Source of the DNA: an uncultured Pseudomonadota bacterium
GTDB lineage: Bacteria; Pseudomonadota; Alphaproteobacteria; Rs-D84
Direction: 5' to 3'
DNA: 64,000 nt
Assembly: GCA_902787305.1 (NCBI GenBank)
Contig: CADAFS010000001.1
Span: 16,980 to 80,979, forward strand
The notes under the pieces are model-generated. The model had not been told where the DNA came from. It ran no database searches and worked only from the letters and a program-made list of their open reading frames with translations. The position numbers and the translations under genes were made by a program. Below, one piece after another: positions 1 through 9,497 of this stretch. Position 1 is the stretch's first letter. Each line of letters starts with the position of its first letter.

Positions 1-1
1 C

Positions 2-1663
2 ATTGATAAAGATGCATCGATAAATGACCAATTGGACCGTATGCGGCACAGTGCGACGCGCGCAATGTTGGAAGAACGCGATGTTATTGTTGTTTCTTCG
101 GTGTCGTCGATATATGGACTTGGGACGCCGGAACAATATTCAAGTATGAAGTTGGTTTTGCATGTTGGTGATGTTATGGGAATTGCCGATGTTATGCGCG
201 AATTGGTGAATATACAATATAAGCGAAACGATGTTGCGTTTGAACGCGGTAATTTTCGGGCACGTGGTGACACATTGGATATTTTTCCGTCACACAGTCA
301 AGATATTGGTTGGAAAATTTCTTTTTGGGGTGATGAAATCGAAGAAATTTGGGAATTTGATGCACTGACCGGGGCAAAGTTGCGAAAAATTGATAGAATC
401 GCGGTCTATCCAAATACGCACTATGCAACGCCTATGCCATCGATATTACAGGCGATTGGTAATATTCGTTCGGATTTGGACGAAAGGTTAAAATACTTTC
501 ACGATAATATGAAGTATATTGAAGAACAACGTTTGCGCGAACGCGTGAATATGGATATCGAAATGATGGAATCGACCGGAACATGTCGTGGAATTGAAAA
601 CTATTCGCGATATTTATCTGGACGTATGCCGGGACAACCGCCACCGACACTGTTTGAATATCTGCCGCGTGATGCGATTTTATTTATTGATGAAAGTCAT
701 GTGACCGTACCCCAAATTGCCGCGATGTCGCGTGGCGATAGGGCGCGCAAAGAAACACTTTCGCAATATGGTTTTCGGTTGCCGTCGTGTATCGATAACC
801 GGCCGTTGACCTTTGATGAATGGGATGCGATGCGGCCACAAACGATTTTTGTTTCCGCAACGCCCGCCGAATGGGAAATGAAACAATCGAACGGAATAGT
901 GGCAGAGCAGGTGATACGACCGACGGGGCTGCTGGACCCGGAATGTATTGTGCGACCAATAAAAAATCAAGTTGATGATTTGTTGGCAGAGGTAAAATCG
1001 ATAAAGGGACGCGTGTTGGTGACGACGCTTACCAAAAAAATGGCGGAACAATTGACGGACTATTTCGTGGAAAATGGCGTTCGGGCGCGATATCTGCACA
1101 GTGATATTGAAACATTGGAACGTATTGAATTGTTGCGCGATTTGCGAATCGGAAAATTTGATGTGTTGGTCGGAATCAATTTGCTGCGTGAAGGATTGGA
1201 TGTCCCCGAATGCGAATTGGTTGCGATTATGGATGCCGATAAAGAAGGGTTCTTGCGGTCGACACGGTCACTGATTCAAACAATAGGGCGGGCGGCGCGA
1301 AATGCAAATGGGCGCGTGATACTTTATGCCGATGTTATAACGGAATCTATGCGGGCGGCACTGGATGAAACAAATCGTCGCCGTCAAAAACAAATGGCGT
1401 ATAATACCGAACATGGAATTGTTCCGAAAACCGTGACCAAGGCGGTGTTTGATAATGTTGCCGATACAAATGAAAAGACCGATAAAAAGCGCCGGTTTGT
1501 TTATACCAAAGATGGTGTGTGGGACGCGGAAAGTTTGCAGCGCGAAATAAAGAAATTGAATAAAAAAATGCGCGATGCGGCGGAAAATTTGGACTTTGAA
1601 ACGGCGGCGGAAATTCGTGACGCAATTCGAAAAATGGAAGACGATTTATTGTTGTTGGAGTAA
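2..1663 (+). CDS. uvrB: Excinuclease ABC subunit B (UvrB), 5'-truncated by the window edge
   Basis: The frame is open from nt 2 (IDKDASINDQLDRMRHSATRAML...). Helicase C-terminal motifs are present (VLVTTLTKKMAEQLTDY, DVLVGINLLREGLD, QTIGRAARN) and a C-terminal UVR motif (FETAAEIRDAIRKME). The TTG at 32 in the ORF track is internal. Confidence 0.95.
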   Translation: MDKDASINDQLDRMRHSATRAMLEERDVIVVSSVSSIYGLGTPEQYSSMKLVLHVGDVMGIADVMRELVNIQYKRNDVAFERGNFRARGDTLDIFPSHSQDIGWKISFWGDEIEEIWEFDALTGAKLRKIDRIAVYPNTHYATPMPSILQAIGNIRSDLDERLKYFHDNMKYIEEQRLRERVNMDIEMMESTGTCRGIENYSRYLSGRMPGQPPPTLFEYLPRDAILFIDESHVTVPQIAAMSRGDRARKETLSQYGFRLPSCIDNRPLTFDEWDAMRPQTIFVSATPAEWEMKQSNGIVAEQVIRPTGLLDPECIVRPIKNQVDDLLAEVKSIKGRVLVTTLTKKMAEQLTDYFVENGVRARYLHSDIETLERIELLRDLRIGKFDVLVGINLLREGLDVPECELVAIMDADKEGFLRSTRSLIQTIGRAARNANGRVILYADVITESMRAALDETNRRRQKQMAYNTEHGIVPKTVTKAVFDNVADTNEKTDKKRRFVYTKDGVWDAESLQREIKKLNKKMRDAAENLDFETAAEIRDAIRKMEDDLLLLE

Positions 1664-1666
1664 GAA

Positions 1667-2080
1667 ATGAAAACATATATAACAAAAGATATAAATGAAA
1701 CACATAAATGGGCGGCGGATTTTGCGAAAATTCTGCGTGCGCCGGTGACGGTTGCATTGCATGGTGATTTGGGTGTTGGAAAATCGGAAATTGCGCGAAC
1801 AATTATACAAACACTTTGTGGGGCGGATACGGTTGTGCCAAGTCCGACGTTTACAATCGTGCAATCGTATGAAAACAAAACGGGTCGAATATCGCACTTT
1901 GATTTGTATCGTGTGTCGGACGCGTCCGAACTTGTTGAAATTGGTTTAATGCATGCGGTGCAAAATGATATTACACTAATTGAATGGCCGGATATTGCGC
2001 GTGATTTCTTGCCAAAAGATACGATTCATTTATATATAACCGAATTTGAAAATGGTCGAAAAATAGAAGTCGCTGATTAA
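1667..2080 (+). CDS. tsaE: tRNA threonylcarbamoyladenosine (t6A) biosynthesis ATPase TsaE
   Basis: 137 aa. P-loop GDLGVGKSEIAR, conserved HFDLYR and LIEWP motifs. It starts 4 nt after the uvrB stop. Confidence 0.85.
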   Translation: MKTYITKDINETHKWAADFAKILRAPVTVALHGDLGVGKSEIARTIIQTLCGADTVVPSPTFTIVQSYENKTGRISHFDLYRVSDASELVEIGLMHAVQNDITLIEWPDIARDFLPKDTIHLYITEFENGRKIEVAD

Positions 2081-3864
2081 ATACTTTTTGCGGATGGCAA
2101 TAGTGACATTACCGCAAGTGGAAAATCCGCAGCGCGCGCAAGGTATGAACCACTGACCAGCAAATCTGCGCCGGCACCCCAACAAAGTCGTGCCGTTTCG
2201 GGGTTTATTCCGCCATCAACCGATATTGTAAATCGCAGGCCATATTTTTTTCTTGTTCCCGCAAGTACAGATATTTTATTCAACACATTCATATTAAACT
2301 TTTGTCCCGCCGCGCCGGGTGCAACGCCCATCACCATAATTTCATCAATGTCACGCAAAATTGTTTTAAGTAATGATACCGAAGATTCCGGATTTAATGC
2401 GATACCAACGCGTTTGCCGGCGGCGCGGACAATTTGAACCGCGCGGCGCAGGCCGACCGTGTTTGTTGAAAGTATCACCGTGTCCGCGCCGGCGTTTATT
2501 GCGTCGGTTGCCCACGCCGATGGTGCGTCGGTCATTAAATGAACATGTAAATGGCCCGGCCATGCGGCGCGAATTTTGCGTAATTCTTCGATACCACCGG
2601 TTATTTTATCAACATAAAGTCCGTCCATAATATCGACATGTATTGCCGATATTCCGCCCGCGCGAAACATCGTATATGTTTCGGGGCGTGACATATCAAA
2701 GCAAAGTGTGCTTGGCATAATCGGAACGGCGGTTTGGCGTTTTTTCTTTGGTTTCTTGCGATGGAAAATGCCAAAAATTTTGTCGGTTGTTCTTTGCCAT
2801 TTTTTAAGGCGTGCAATGTATGCGCGACGATACGGTCGCGCCGATTCCCATATATATTTTGCAAGTGCGCGAACATTTGTGTCGGGTCCGGTTTGTGTTA
2901 TTTCGATGTCAAATGTTTGCGAAAGTAATTCAACAATTCCGTTTAACCTTGCGCCGCCGCCGGTTATGATTATTTCGGTTGGGGTGTATCTTTCGATGTA
3001 TCGCGCCGAATCATTTCTTATTTGTTCAACAATGTTATAGAAAAACGGAACAACAATTTCATTTACATCGGCGCATGAAAATGCGTATGCGGTGTCGGCC
3101 GGACTAAACCGTGCCATTTCATTTGAATAAAGGTTTGCAACATTACGTTTTATCCGTTCGGCTTCGGCAAATGGAATATCAAGTTTTGTTGATATTTCAT
3201 TTGTTAAATCGTTGCCACCGATAAAGTGGCCGTCATACCACACCGGGCCACGGTCCGTCCAAATAGATGCGGTTGTGTGTTCGGCACCAAAATCGATAAA
3301 CATTACATTTTTTTTCTTTTGGCGCAGCACGTTTGATGCCAAAAATTGCGGTGCATAAAATGCCGATGGTTGTATGTGCGATTGTCGCAGCAAACTTAAA
3401 ATTTTTTGCATACGTTCGTTTTCAAAAAACAGTGCAGAAATTTTTGATATAAGTTTTGTGTCGCTTTGTCCGATTGGTGTAAGCAGGTTGTGTGTGTTGC
3501 CCGTATCATATCGTAATGGTATTATATGCATGGGATAAAAACCGTCGGGTCTATCGATTTGTGAAATTTGTGATTTTACATCCGATGGGGTGATTTTATG
3601 TTCACCGTTCCAAACGGTTTCTTTGGTCGATATGTTAAAAAATGAATTGCCAAAATTTCCGGTTATGTATGCCGTGTCGAAATGCGTCCCCATTTGCCGT
3701 TCAAGTTCGTCCGCCACAGATTTTAGTGCAAAAACCGTATCAAAATCATCAACCGCATAGTATGCAGATTTATCAATCATTGCGTTTCTAACGCGGTGCG
3801 CAACGCCACGGACACCGCACGTTCCGATATCAAGACACAAAAAACAAGAATCAATCATATGCAT
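2077..3864 (-). CDS. ftsA/rpe: FtsA (actin-like cell-division ATPase) fused in-frame to ribulose-phosphate 3-epimerase (Rpe)
   Basis: Residues 1-382 look like FtsA (CLDIGTCGVRGVA, FIDFGAEHTT, IIITGGGARL, amphipathic tail KKWQRTTDKIFGIFHRK). Residues 383-595 look like a full-length Rpe (IHVDIMDG, HVHLM, SVDGGI). There is no stop codon between them. An internal ATG lies at 2718. Confidence 0.8.
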   Translation of the reverse strand: MHMIDSCFLCLDIGTCGVRGVAHRVRNAMIDKSAYYAVDDFDTVFALKSVADELERQMGTHFDTAYITGNFGNSFFNISTKETVWNGEHKITPSDVKSQISQIDRPDGFYPMHIIPLRYDTGNTHNLLTPIGQSDTKLISKISALFFENERMQKILSLLRQSHIQPSAFYAPQFLASNVLRQKKKNVMFIDFGAEHTTASIWTDRGPVWYDGHFIGGNDLTNEISTKLDIPFAEAERIKRNVANLYSNEMARFSPADTAYAFSCADVNEIVVPFFYNIVEQIRNDSARYIERYTPTEIIITGGGARLNGIVELLSQTFDIEITQTGPDTNVRALAKYIWESARPYRRAYIARLKKWQRTTDKIFGIFHRKKPKKKRQTAVPIMPSTLCFDMSRPETYTMFRAGGISAIHVDIMDGLYVDKITGGIEELRKIRAAWPGHLHVHLMTDAPSAWATDAINAGADTVILSTNTVGLRRAVQIVRAAGKRVGIALNPESSVSLLKTILRDIDEIMVMGVAPGAAGQKFNMNVLNKISVLAGTRKKYGLRFTISVDGGINPETARLCWGAGADLLVSGSYLARAADFPLAVMSLLPSAKSI

Positions 3865-3866
3865 TT

Positions 3867-4685
3867 TTATTTTACCAAAATTCTTGCGTCATCGCGCATA
3901 TCAATTACTTTTATGTCCTTGGATAATATATTGTGTTTTTTATCCAAAACAACAATGTTTCCGATTGCGGCGATTGGGTCATTTTCAGGCAACATAATTG
4001 TAATTCCACCAAGTGTCACCAAATTCCACCGCCGGCCATCAATCCATTCCAAATAATCAAGTGTTCCGATAAGATTGTTTGCTACCTTGGTAATTTCGCC
4101 GATTTCATTTGGAACACGGCCACGCAAAACAGCGGTGTTTGGTTGACATTTTTCGGATATTTGGGATTTATCATTATCATGGATAACAATTGTGTCACAT
4201 TTTTCGGGCGTTTTTTTATCGCATTTTTCTTTGCATTCTGTTATGCATTCGCCACGGAAAACGATGCTTCCTGCACTACGGGTTTCAGACGGGGTTTCTA
4301 TGCATTCACCTTTGTCGGAAAGCGGATAATAGTAAACGCCGTTTGTGATTTCTGCAACCGCCTTGTAAAAGTTCACTTTGATTGCTAGGTTTCCATTTGG
4401 CAATCGCCGGACCGCAGATTTTTCAATGTTGGGTATTTTTTGTTTGAGTTGGGTATTTATATGTTCAAGTTTTTTTGTATACGTATGTGTACCTGACTGT
4501 ATTCCAATGTTGTTTTCAATAGACGATAAAAGATTGCGATTCGTTGTTTCGGCGGATATAGATATATGCCGAATCATTGCGGTTGGGCCGTATCCCATAC
4601 GCGCCATAACTATGCGGGTTGCAAAATAAATGCTAAGCAAAATAGCGGCAATAAAATACAGCCAAAACCAAAGATTTCGTTTCAT
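3867..4685 (-). CDS. ftsQ: Cell division protein FtsQ-like (N-terminal TM anchor plus POTRA-type region)
   Basis: It lies directly upstream of ftsA on the same strand. The start was chosen at MKRNLWFWLYFIAAILLSIYF (TM helix), and the ORF-track start at 4778 is probably an over-extension. The sequence itself is divergent, so the call leans on dcw-like context. Confidence 0.65.
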   Translation of the reverse strand: MKRNLWFWLYFIAAILLSIYFATRIVMARMGYGPTAMIRHISISAETTNRNLLSSIENNIGIQSGTHTYTKKLEHINTQLKQKIPNIEKSAVRRLPNGNLAIKVNFYKAVAEITNGVYYYPLSDKGECIETPSETRSAGSIVFRGECITECKEKCDKKTPEKCDTIVIHDNDKSQISEKCQPNTAVLRGRVPNEIGEITKVANNLIGTLDYLEWIDGRRWNLVTLGGITIMLPENDPIAAIGNIVVLDKKHNILSKDIKVIDMRDDARILVK

Positions 4686-4738
4686 GGTGGATATTATAGC
4701 ATATTTTTGTTCGATATGAAAGTTTTGGAGGCAAATTT

Positions 4739-5119
4739 TTATGTTGCGCGGAGTAGATAACCGCGTTTGAACATACATTTACGATACGAACCGACCGAAC
4801 GCGATGTTGTGTTGCGTGGCACCGAAAGCAGGGCGCGTTGACCAACATCCCTGTACTCATTTGATTGGAATGTGACCCAAAGTCCGTCCCAATCCGGCAT
4901 ACGAACGGTCTGATTCGGTGAAAGCAATTTTGCGATGCGTGACCGGGGCAGGTAAGATGGCTTTGTTATGCCTAAACACGCCTTGTGGTCACGAACAAAC
5001 TGTTCCATTGTGACAGATTCGTTTTCCCAATTTAGGATTGTTGCGTCATCAATGCTGCCCCCGTTTGGGGATGCACAGGCACATAAACCCAGTAATAAAA
5101 TCACTTTTAATATTTTCAT
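4739..5119 (-). CDS. Hypothetical lipoprotein
   Basis: 126 aa. Signal peptide with lipobox MKILKVILLLGLCAC. No family recognised. Confidence 0.6.
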   Translation of the reverse strand: MKILKVILLLGLCACASPNGGSIDDATILNWENESVTMEQFVRDHKACLGITKPSYLPRSRIAKLLSPNQTVRMPDWDGLWVTFQSNEYRDVGQRALLSVPRNTTSRSVGSYRKCMFKRGYLLRAT

Positions 5120-5195
5120 ATTTTACATTATAATTTAATTGCGTTTTTGTGGCAATAGTTTTTATAATGTGTAAAACTATATCGGGAGAAAAGAG

Positions 5196-5519
5196 ATGGC
5201 GACAACCGTTCAGAACTTTATAAAGTTTGCAAATTTCTATAATCAAATGGCCAAGACCATGTCTGCGATATGTGTTAGCAAGGGCGGAATTCCGATGGAA
5301 AAATATGTGGGTCGTTTCTTTGCCGCCGATGTGTTGGAATTTGTTGTGGAATATGGTGAACGTTTGCTAAAATCGAAAAAAGATGTGGCACCGGATGTCG
5401 TATCGGTTATCGATATGTTTAAAAAACAGTTGGCGGGTGTTAAGGAATGGGTGACCGGTTCCCAAAAACCGATATATGAAATGTCACTTGAAGAATTCGA
5501 ACGGGCGATGAATATATAA
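5196..5519 (+). CDS. Hypothetical protein (107 aa, no signal peptide)
   Basis: ATG preceded by GGGAGAAAAGAG. No motif recognised. Confidence 0.5.
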   Translation: MATTVQNFIKFANFYNQMAKTMSAICVSKGGIPMEKYVGRFFAADVLEFVVEYGERLLKSKKDVAPDVVSVIDMFKKQLAGVKEWVTGSQKPIYEMSLEEFERAMNI

Positions 5520-5529
5520 AGGATGCAGT

Positions 5530-6855
5530 ATGAAAAAATTGATATGTTTTTTGTGTCTTGGGTTCACACTTGCGGCGTGTATGGAGGTTCAAGACCCATA
5601 TGATGTAGAAGAGGTTGAATATAACACCACCCAGGTCATTGATAATTTGGTTATTGACGACAATTCAGTGCCAATTTTCCCGAAAAAGGCGGCGCTGACC
5701 ACCGATACGGCGCGGCGGTTTTCGGTTGAATTACCGCGGCGTTGCACCGTGAATTGGGATTCGCAACAGGTTGTGTCGGTTGTGCCGGATGAAAAAATCG
5801 AAATCGTTCGTTTGAATGTTGGTGATCCCTTGCCAGATTTGACAGTATCTAATTATGATTTTAGAAAGCAAGGTGTGCGCGACACGTTGGATAAATTATT
5901 GGCCGGGACGGATATTGCGGTTATTGAACAAGAACAAATTCATGAACGTATATCGGGGTCGATTGTTGGTGGAAACCTTGGCGATGCGGTAAATTTGATT
6001 ACGCATCTTGGGCGGGCGTATTATTCGTATGATGAAAAACTTGGCGAATTAAAATTGTTTAATCGCGGAAAGTGGTTGATTAAAATGCCAAAGAATGAAG
6101 ATATTGTTATGGCGATTTTGGACGCGATGCATGGTGCGGATGTGCGAAATGTTATTGTTGATTGGGGTGATAATACCGTGATATTCGAAGGTAATTATCA
6201 AACCGAACGCGAAGTTGCGCGGATCATTTCAGATATTGCGTCAAAAAAATATGTGATGGCGTGGGATATGGACGTGTATCGCGTTTATCCGCGCACCGAT
6301 AATCCGATTATTTGGATGAATATGTTGCCGGCGTTTGGTGAAAAGAATATAAAGATGTCTGTGCCGGGTGTCGTTGGGCGTGCGTTGGTTGTTGGACCAG
6401 AGGTGAATACGAAAACATTACAAGAATTTTTGGCGCAACAGGCAAATGTTGTTTTGATATCCCAGGGGCATTTTGTCGTACCTGATGGGTGGCAATCGCG
6501 ATTCGATATTGGTCAGTGTGGCAAGGAAGAAAGATTGGAAACAGACCTGATTGTTGGGGCGACCGCAAAATATGGCGATTTTGGTGGCAAAGATAAAATA
6601 GATGCAAAAATTGTTCTGCGGACCAGTAATGGCGAACTTTCATCGTTCACAATTCCGTCCAGTGTTGGTGATAACTATGTAATTGTTGGTATTCCGACAC
6701 ATTCTTTTGTGACAACACCGGAAACATTGATAAGTCCGTTTGCAGAATTGGTTGTATTTATGTCACCGCGAATTGTTTCAATTGTGAATCCGGCGGATGT
6801 TCCGGATGATGCGCCACTCGTTGGTGATGCGTTGCGTGATTGGTTAAAGGAATAA
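5530..6855 (+). CDS. Outer-membrane lipoprotein with a secretin-like C-terminal region (tentative)
   Basis: Lipobox LGFTLAAC. The C-terminal half follows the secretin (PF00263-type) pattern by eye: AWDMDVYRVYP ... VVLISQGHFVVPDGWQSRFDIGQ ... DNYVIVGIP ... ELVVFMSPRIV. Confidence 0.4.
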   Translation: MKKLICFLCLGFTLAACMEVQDPYDVEEVEYNTTQVIDNLVIDDNSVPIFPKKAALTTDTARRFSVELPRRCTVNWDSQQVVSVVPDEKIEIVRLNVGDPLPDLTVSNYDFRKQGVRDTLDKLLAGTDIAVIEQEQIHERISGSIVGGNLGDAVNLITHLGRAYYSYDEKLGELKLFNRGKWLIKMPKNEDIVMAILDAMHGADVRNVIVDWGDNTVIFEGNYQTEREVARIISDIASKKYVMAWDMDVYRVYPRTDNPIIWMNMLPAFGEKNIKMSVPGVVGRALVVGPEVNTKTLQEFLAQQANVVLISQGHFVVPDGWQSRFDIGQCGKEERLETDLIVGATAKYGDFGGKDKIDAKIVLRTSNGELSSFTIPSSVGDNYVIVGIPTHSFVTTPETLISPFAELVVFMSPRIVSIVNPADVPDDAPLVGDALRDWLKE

Positions 6856-6859
6856 AGAT

Positions 6860-8113
6860 ATGTTTACGAAACTGGAAAGAAAAATTGCATTTAGATATTT
6901 GGCGGCGCGACGGCGTGGGTTTGGTTCGGTTGTGTCGTGGGTGTCACTTTTGGGAATTATGTTGGGTGTTGCAACACTTATTGTTGTGATGTCGGTGATG
7001 GGTGGTTTTCATGATACATTGCTTGCGCGGATTGTTGGTATGAACGGTCATGTTGTTGTTTATCACCAAGATGGCGCGATTGCGGACTATGATTTTTTGG
7101 CCGAAAAAATGATGGAAAATAAAACGGTGGCGCGCGACGTATCCGCCATTGTTCCAATTGCCGAAGGCCAAGTGATGGTGACCGCAAATGGAAAAAATTC
7201 TGGTGCGATGGTGCGCGGTATTCGTATGAACGATTTGATGACCAAAACCAACAGTGGTGTGCGCATGTATGGGCGCGATTTGGCCGATATTCGCGACGGG
7301 GAACTTATAATCGGGTCAACACTTTCGCGGAATTTGGGCGTGCATATGGGCGAAAGTGTTTCGTTGGTTTCTGCCGATAATGCAACGCCAACGCCGTTTG
7401 GGACTATGCCACGGATTATGTCGTATCCGGTGCAAACATCTTTCTTTATGGGAATGTATGAATATGATTCGGGGTATATATTTATGCCACTGATGACCGC
7501 GCAAAAGTATTTGAATTTGGGTGACGCGGTGACGCATATTGATTTATTCTTGCGTAATCCCGATGATACAGACGCGGTGCGTGATGCGTTGATTGATGTG
7601 TTGCCGGACGGATATATCGTTCGTGATTGGCGCGATTTGAATCGGGGCTTTGTTGGCGCGTTGCAAGTTGAATCTAATGTTATGTTTTTAATTTTGATGT
7701 TGATTGTTATTGTCGCAGCGTTTAATATAGTTTCGTCGTTGGTTATGCTGGTCAAAGATAAATCCAAAGATATCGCGGTGTTGCGGACATTTGGTGTTTC
7801 ACGGCGTTCGATGATGCGCATATTTATTTTGTCGGGAACAAGCATTGGTGTTATCGGTGCGGTGTTTGGAACGATATTGGGTGTGGTGGTTGCGATTTAT
7901 ATCGAACCGATACGGCGATTCTTTCAATGGATGACGAGGCGTGACCTGTTTCCGGCGGAGTTGTATTATTTGTCGGAATTGCCGTCGCGTGTGGAATTTG
8001 CAAGTGTTTTGGGAATTGCGTTGATTGCGATTGCACTTGCGTTTTTGGCCACAATATATCCGGCATGGAAGGCGGCAAACACAGACCCAGTAGAGGTATT
8101 GCGGAATGAATAA
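6860..8113 (+). CDS. lolC: Lipoprotein-releasing system transmembrane subunit LolC/LolE
   Basis: 417 aa. N-terminus IAFRYLAARRRGFGSVVSWVSLLGIMLGVATLIVVMSVMGGF, large periplasmic loop, C-terminal FtsX-type TM bundle. Confidence 0.9.
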   Translation: MFTKLERKIAFRYLAARRRGFGSVVSWVSLLGIMLGVATLIVVMSVMGGFHDTLLARIVGMNGHVVVYHQDGAIADYDFLAEKMMENKTVARDVSAIVPIAEGQVMVTANGKNSGAMVRGIRMNDLMTKTNSGVRMYGRDLADIRDGELIIGSTLSRNLGVHMGESVSLVSADNATPTPFGTMPRIMSYPVQTSFFMGMYEYDSGYIFMPLMTAQKYLNLGDAVTHIDLFLRNPDDTDAVRDALIDVLPDGYIVRDWRDLNRGFVGALQVESNVMFLILMLIVIVAAFNIVSSLVMLVKDKSKDIAVLRTFGVSRRSMMRIFILSGTSIGVIGAVFGTILGVVVAIYIEPIRRFFQWMTRRDLFPAELYYLSELPSRVEFASVLGIALIAIALAFLATIYPAWKAANTDPVEVLRNE

Positions 8114-8753
8114 AGATTTGATGAAATATTTGGAAAAAATGGCATTAGATTGGTCACCCTTTGGGTCGACCTGGGATTCGGCAGCGAAAGATTTAGAAGA
8201 AGATTTGGCGAAACGCGGAATAAATATGAAACTTTATTATAAATATGCGTTGCCGGAAAACATGACGCCACAGAAATTTATGACGCGTGTTGCGGTGTTA
8301 GATTTTTGCGCAAATCCGTCACTGTTTTTTAAGGCGAAAATCGAGATATTTTTCGATAAAAGTTTAAGTTTGGTTGAAAGACTTCGGCTTGTAAAATATA
8401 TCAAGGGTGGGCGTAAGGCGAGTCGCGAAAAATTGGACGAGTATGTTAAATTTGTTCAACACGCAAATCCAGAATTATCAAAGTTAAAAATAGAAAATGA
8501 TTTTGATAAATTTGATATACTGGCGGGTGCAACATTTGGTTTCGCCCCAGACGAGATAGAATATTTTATGAAAAGAAAAGAACGTGACTTGAATCGGGAA
8601 CATGAAACAGACGGTAAATTTAAACAGTTTGGCATTGAATTGCACTATGTTTTGTCGCCACAGACCGCAAAAAAAGTAATAGCAGAGTTAGGAAAAAATA
8701 AAAAAGTAACGATGGGAAACCCAAAGTTGCGCGGAAATGTAAGGGTAATATAA
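8106..8753 (+). CDS. Hypothetical cytoplasmic protein inserted between lolC and lolD
   Basis: 215 aa. Its start overlaps the lolC stop (ATGAATAA) and its stop abuts the lolD ATG (TAAATG). No signal peptide, TM segment or recognised motif. Confidence 0.6.
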   Translation: MNKDLMKYLEKMALDWSPFGSTWDSAAKDLEEDLAKRGINMKLYYKYALPENMTPQKFMTRVAVLDFCANPSLFFKAKIEIFFDKSLSLVERLRLVKYIKGGRKASREKLDEYVKFVQHANPELSKLKIENDFDKFDILAGATFGFAPDEIEYFMKRKERDLNREHETDGKFKQFGIELHYVLSPQTAKKVIAELGKNKKVTMGNPKLRGNVRVI

Positions 8754-9464
8754 ATGGCGTCGATATTAAATTCTTTATCACGGGTGAAAAAGGGCGAAGT
8801 CGTCCTTTCGGTGCGTGATATCAAAAAGACTTTTATCGAAGGTGGACAACCGTTGCATATTCTAACCGGCGGTGGGTTTGATTTGCACCGTGGTGAAATT
8901 GTTGCACTTGTCGGGCCATCGGGCAGTGGGAAATCCACGCTGTTACAGTGTGTTGGATTATTGGATAAACCGTCGGGGGGCAGTATTGTTGTGTCGGGTA
9001 CACCGGTGCATAAAATGAGTGATGAAATGCGGACAATGGTGCGGCGGCGGAAAATGGGATTTGTGTATCAGCGGCATAATTTATTGTCTGATTTTACGGC
9101 AATCGAAAATGTTATGTTGCCGATGCTTGCCAATGGGGTTGATACGGATATCGCCATGGCGCGTGCCAAAAATTTATTAAAAGCGGCAAATGTTGCACAT
9201 CGTGCTTCACATTTGCCGGGACAAATGTCGGGCGGCGAACAACAGCGAACCGCGGTGGCGCGCGCGCTTGCCAATAATCCCGATATATTGTTGGCGGACG
9301 AACCAACGGGCAGTTTGGATCCGAATCATGCGATTGCGGTTTTTGAACTCTTGTTGGATTTGGTGCGTAAAAATAAAATGGCGATGTTGTTTGTCACGCA
9401 TGATATGTCACTTGCTAATCGTGCGGACCGGCGCATAACAATCAAAAATGGAATAGTTAAATAA
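8754..9464 (+). CDS. lolD: Lipoprotein-releasing system ATP-binding protein LolD
   Basis: Walker A GPSGSGKST, ABC signature MSGGEQQR, Walker B ILLADEPT, H-loop VTHD. Confidence 0.9.
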   Translation: MASILNSLSRVKKGEVVLSVRDIKKTFIEGGQPLHILTGGGFDLHRGEIVALVGPSGSGKSTLLQCVGLLDKPSGGSIVVSGTPVHKMSDEMRTMVRRRKMGFVYQRHNLLSDFTAIENVMLPMLANGVDTDIAMARAKNLLKAANVAHRASHLPGQMSGGEQQRTAVARALANNPDILLADEPTGSLDPNHAIAVFELLLDLVRKNKMAMLFVTHDMSLANRADRRITIKNGIVK

Positions 9465-9497
9465 AAAAATAATAAACTAAAAAAAAGGAGAGAGAAA

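Noticed and set aside
2366-3040. Several 64-110-aa ORFs on both strands inside the ftsA/rpe gene
   Set aside because: They are embedded in or antisense to a conserved coding region, with Arg/Pro-rich or low-complexity translations.
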